From positions 732,054-796,053 of the forward strand of contig NC_069004.1 in the NCBI RefSeq assembly GCF_001194135.2: a DNA stretch of 64,000 nt, given 5' to 3'. The translations under genes were made by a program, and so were the position numbers. Positions 59,864-64,000 of this stretch are shown here, one piece after another; positions within the stretch are counted from its first letter, which is position 1; the number at the start of each line of letters is the position of its first letter. The notes under the pieces are model-generated. The model saw only the letters and a program-made list of their open reading frames with translations. It ran no database searches and was not told the DNA's origin. This stretch comes from Octopus bimaculoides. Taxonomy: Eukaryota.

Positions 59864-60252
59864 GGCGTGGCTGTGTGGTAAGTAGCTTGCTTCCCAACCA
59901 CATGGTTCCGGCTTCAGTCCCACTGCGTGGCACCTTGGGCAAGTGTCTTCTACTATAGCCTCGGGCCGACCAGAGCCGTGTGAGTGGATTTGGTAGACGG
60001 AAACTGAAAGAAGCCCATCGTATATATATGTATATATTTATGTATTTGTGTGTCTGTTTGTCTCCCCACCATCGTTTGACAACCGATGTCGGTGTGTTTA
60101 CGTCCCCGTAACTTAACGGTTCGGCAAAAGAGAACGATGGAATAAGTACTAGGCTTACAAGCAATAAGTCCTGGGGTCAGTTTGTTCGACAAAAGGTGGT
60201 GCTCTAACATGGCCGCAGTCAAATGACTGAAACAAGTAAAAAAGTAAAAGAG
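59864..60252 (+). mobile_element. Near full-length tRNA-derived SINE, family A; partial copies at 1-220, 10170-10570, 18045-18200, 31311-31610, 33748-33990, 36770-36945(-), 48640-48940(-), 57650-57750(-), 61050-61170(-) and 62960-63060(-)
   Basis: Head GGCGTGGCTGTGTGGTAAG...GGTTCCGGCTTCAGTCCC, internal microsatellite, tail CATGGCCGCAGTCAAATGACTGAAACAAGTAAAA. Confidence 0.88.
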
Positions 60253-61189
60253 TATCTGGAAAATTGAAATTTTCACATCTTTTTCCTTTTTTTTTTTTTT
60301 ATCAAAATGTGGCTTTGAAGACGTCTTATCGTTCAAAATTTCAACTACAGAAAACTAATTTTATTAAGTCGTCAAGTATGAAATTTGCAGAAAAAAAAAG
60401 TTTGCTAATGTTTTATAAATACAAGGAATATTTCTACCCAGAAAAAAACTAAAGGAATAGTCATAGATAGAGAGAGATTTGAGAAATTGAGAGAGATGTT
60501 TGGAGATTACGTAGACCCGCTGGTGGTTGAAGTCGTGGAATTAGAAGATTTGAAACCCTTTGTGAACATTTAAAGGCAAGTAAATAAAATTTGTACTTAA
60601 TAAAAAAAAAAACGAGGAAAATAGACTGTTAAAAAGTTTAAAGAAGAAAAGAAAAAGAACGATCCCAAAACAAAACAAAAGACTGTAAGAAAAAGAACGA
60701 GCTAAAAAAAGAAAGAAAAGAAAAGACTGTCAGAACGTTTAATTGTAAAAAAAGAAATCACGGTTTCGTTTCGGAGCGGGACCGAGAAAACCGTCTCATA
60801 TTCATTGTAATTCATTCTTTCATATGTTTTTTTTTTCTGTTCCCGCATATCTGTGTATGTCCCCTCTGTGTTCAGGCCTTGTCCCTATAATAAAGAGAGA
60901 AACCAGTGATTGTCACATGCTGATGACGGATCAGTACCCAGAAACATTTGCAGCAACGATTCACGAGGCTCACGATTTGTGTCTCCCCCCTCCCACCGCC
61001 TGGAAACCATGCTGAGGCGCCGCCCTGAAGAGTTTAGTCCTAATAAATCAACTCCAGTACTTCTTTTTTTTAAGTCTGGTACTCACTGTATCGGTCACTT
61101 TACTGAACCGCTAAGTTTGGGGGACGTAAACAAACTAACGGTAGCGAGGGGACAAGCACAAACACAGCCTGAATTATGAGATTTTGCAA

Positions 61190-61390
61190 CATCCTCCCTA
61201 TTCCCCTGATATCTCTCCTACTGATTATCACTTATTTAAGCATTTTGAAAACATTCTTAAATAGAGAAGAGGTAATTGAAGCACTCGGATACTTTATCTC
61301 AGCAAAAGATGAACTTTTTTTTAAAGATGGAATATATGACTTAGAGAAACGTTGGGTAAACGTCATAAATGAATACGGATCGTACTCTAA
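61190..61390 (+). mobile_element. Mariner transposase C-terminal fragment
   Basis: HPPYSPDISPTDYHLF and FFKDGIYDLEKRWVNVI match the mariner YSPDLAPSDY and GI..L..RW motifs. Frameshifted. Confidence 0.85.
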
Positions 61391-62779
61391 CACTTCTGAA
61401 ACATTTTATTGTTACCTTTCAAATACGATATTTCATGTGTGATAACCTAATATACATNNNNNNNNNNNNNNNNNNNNNNNNNNNNNNNNNNNNNNNNNNN
61501 NNNNNNNNNNNNNNNNNNNNNNNNNNNNNNNNNNNNNNNNNNNNNNNNNNNNNNNNNNNNNNNNNNNNNNNNNNNNNNNNNNNNNNNNNNNNNNNNNNNN
61601 NNNNNNNNNNNNNNNNNNNNNNNNNNNNNNNNNNNNNNNNNNNNNNNNNNNNNNNNNNNNNNNNNNNNNNNNNNNNNNNNNNNNTATATATATAAAGTAA
61701 AACAAAATAGAGTTTGCTTATATATTTAGTTACATCATCTTACATGCGATTCATAAAAAAAGGAATTGTTATTAGTTACTATGTATATAAAAATCTTATA
61801 ATCCGATTGCATTGACAAATCTTCAGAAATTGCGTGACATTAATAATCAACAAATAATCTCTATTAATGAAAATCATTAATAGTCTTTATTACTCATGCT
61901 TGGTAGACGACAATGTTGTCGGATAAACTACTACAACAATTGTATTAAATTAGGTCAAATCATTATATTCAGCCATTGGAGCAGAATATCTTCTCGGAAA
62001 GATAACAAAAAATAGTGTTTGAGTAATCAGTGTCTCTGAATAGAATATATTTGTAGCCAAGGCTATTGGGTTACAGAGATATCGGCATGATGCCCTTATG
62101 ATTTTTGATTAGATGCCTGTTCGTTTGTTAATAATCTTTCATCCCCACAGATTTAGCTTAGTATGCATAGACTTAAGCACTTCTTTACATAATTTGGTGC
62201 GCTTATATATCTATGCAGGCATACACATGTACTCGTACATGCAATTGCATATATTTGTCTATATGCCTGCGCACGCACGCACGCGCGCTCGCACACAGAC
62301 ACACACACACATACACACACACACATACACACACACACACACACAGAGGTGAATTTTAGATTAGTTGAAATACGTTTGAGATATTTTAACTAATTAAAGG
62401 ATTGAAAAAATCCAAGGCAAATTCATCACAGTTACCGTAAAGAAAAATTCTCGCTTATAGAAACGATGTAAAAACACTGTGTATACAGTGTCTACCGCTA
62501 GCAGACCCCCACCAGCCGCATTTCTGGCTCTGTAGGCTCCCTCTGTAGGAGATTCCGAAAGGAGACAACTCCGGCCAGATTCGGAAGCCGTAATCTTTTT
62601 TAGAACATTCACTATCAGTGACTGAGTTACGCTCGCGGGCTGCCAGCTCAGAATAAATAGAGTAGTATCAGCGCTAATCAGTCATAAAGAATAAACAAAC
62701 TTTAGGTTATTTCAAATATGTTTGTGGCATATTTCAACTTCTAAAGCAACGGTTTCCAACCTGGGGTCCGCAAAGGTAG

Positions 62780-62960
62780 TATTGGGAGCAGTTTCCACCG
62801 ATGTCCGACCACATTTGAACTGGCGATGCCACTGCTTGACTACATCGTATGGCGATGCATTGTCACCATAAACTTCTTTCATTTTATCGAAATTCTCTTT
62901 TGGTGTACGACCTGATCCCTGATCTGCATTCAACTGCCTCCATTATGACACATTAGTCCA
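62780..62960 (-). mobile_element. Mariner transposase N-terminal HTH fragment
   Basis: GRTPKENFDKMKEVYGDNASPYDVVKQWHRQFKCGRTSVETAP resembles the mariner HTH region (..YG...S...V..W...F..GR.S..D). Confidence 0.75.
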
Positions 62961-64000
62961 CCGAATTCACTTACAATGCTTTGGTAGAAGGCATTTGCCC
63001 GAGGTTCCGCGTAGGACTGAACACGAAACCACATGGTTACAAAACGACCTTCTTAACCACTCATACCTGCCTCCATGTAATTTTCACACATTCATAATGA
63101 CGCCTTTACCGAAATGTGAAATTAATGAATGTATAACACAATTATGCATATTATAACCAATGAAATATTTCACGTAATAAAAGACGAATGAACTTACAAA
63201 GTTCATTTGTCGAAACTGAACCAAAGATCATAGCCCCAAATGAAATTATAATAATATACTCTTGCCACGTGCCGATACTGTCTGTTGTAGTATAAACAAA
63301 TATATGACTGTGTCATAAAGTTCTGGTACAACACTGTCACCTCATAAAATATTTCTCATAGAATTTATGATCGTCTGGTAGAAGGCTAGCGTTCATTATA
63401 TTTTGTTAAAGCAAGTTTTGATTGCTTTTGGTTTCATTGTGAACACGTTATATTATGTCTGTCGTTAATATTGCCTAGAAAAGTTATCATAGATTTTCAT
63501 TTTAGACAATGAACGTTATGGAATTAAAACAGTAGAAAGAAGAAAATATCTGATTAAGAAAAGAGGAGGGAAAATGTTACGAAGCGAGAAAAAAAATATC
63601 AGTGACTGAGTGCCTATTTTCCATTTTACAACACAACGTCCATTGTACTCGAGATTAAATATTTGGTAAATTTTCTACCTAGCTTCAGTCCCGGAGATGG
63701 AAATAGTGCCCAGGCTGTTAAGGTACCTGGAATGCGCCCTCTAACGACTTACTTCTGTTTATTTTCGACATACGGGTGGAAGAAGAGCCCCTGTACATGG
63801 TTTTATGATTTCAGTAGACTATCATGAAAAAATGTAAAACTAACAAAAATGGCCTAAGTTTTCGAATCAAATTTTGTTCAACGATAGAACTGTCTTAACT
63901 ATCCTTGTCACAGCGGAAAGGAATATGAAAGTTTAAAAATACGATGATTCTAACTTGTATTTGTAAATATTTGTAAATGTAGTTCTTTATTATGTGAAAC

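Overview
AT-rich, microsatellite- and SINE-dense animal genomic DNA with about ten assembly gaps; the repeat landscape and tandem C2H2 gene suggest a cephalopod (octopus-like) genome (inference). I reconstructed three protein-coding genes by hand with GT-AG junctions and consistent phases. (1) METTL25 on the minus strand, 7-8 exons at ~12.6-17.9 kb. (2) NPAT on the plus strand, head-to-head with METTL25, 11 exons at 21468-33239, C-terminus not found. (3) A six-finger C2H2 zinc-finger gene on the minus strand at 39820-40953 with Cys-rich and (His-X)n tails. There is also an intronless 553-aa ORF (7183-8844) with a motif resembling the PABP-binding segment of eIF4G. Mobile DNA includes L1/Tx1-like, R4/Dong-like and RTE-like LINE fragments, mariner fragments, two related MITEs with 8-bp TSDs (one with an internal TTAGGG array) and several tRNA-derived SINE families. 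The most notable unexplained signals are a RORE + CRE-half + D-box + E-box cluster within 34 bp at 50289-50322, a minimal hammerhead-ribozyme motif in a SINE tail in an NPAT intron, the eIF4G-like intronless ORF, and the zinc-finger protein's possible metal-binding tails.
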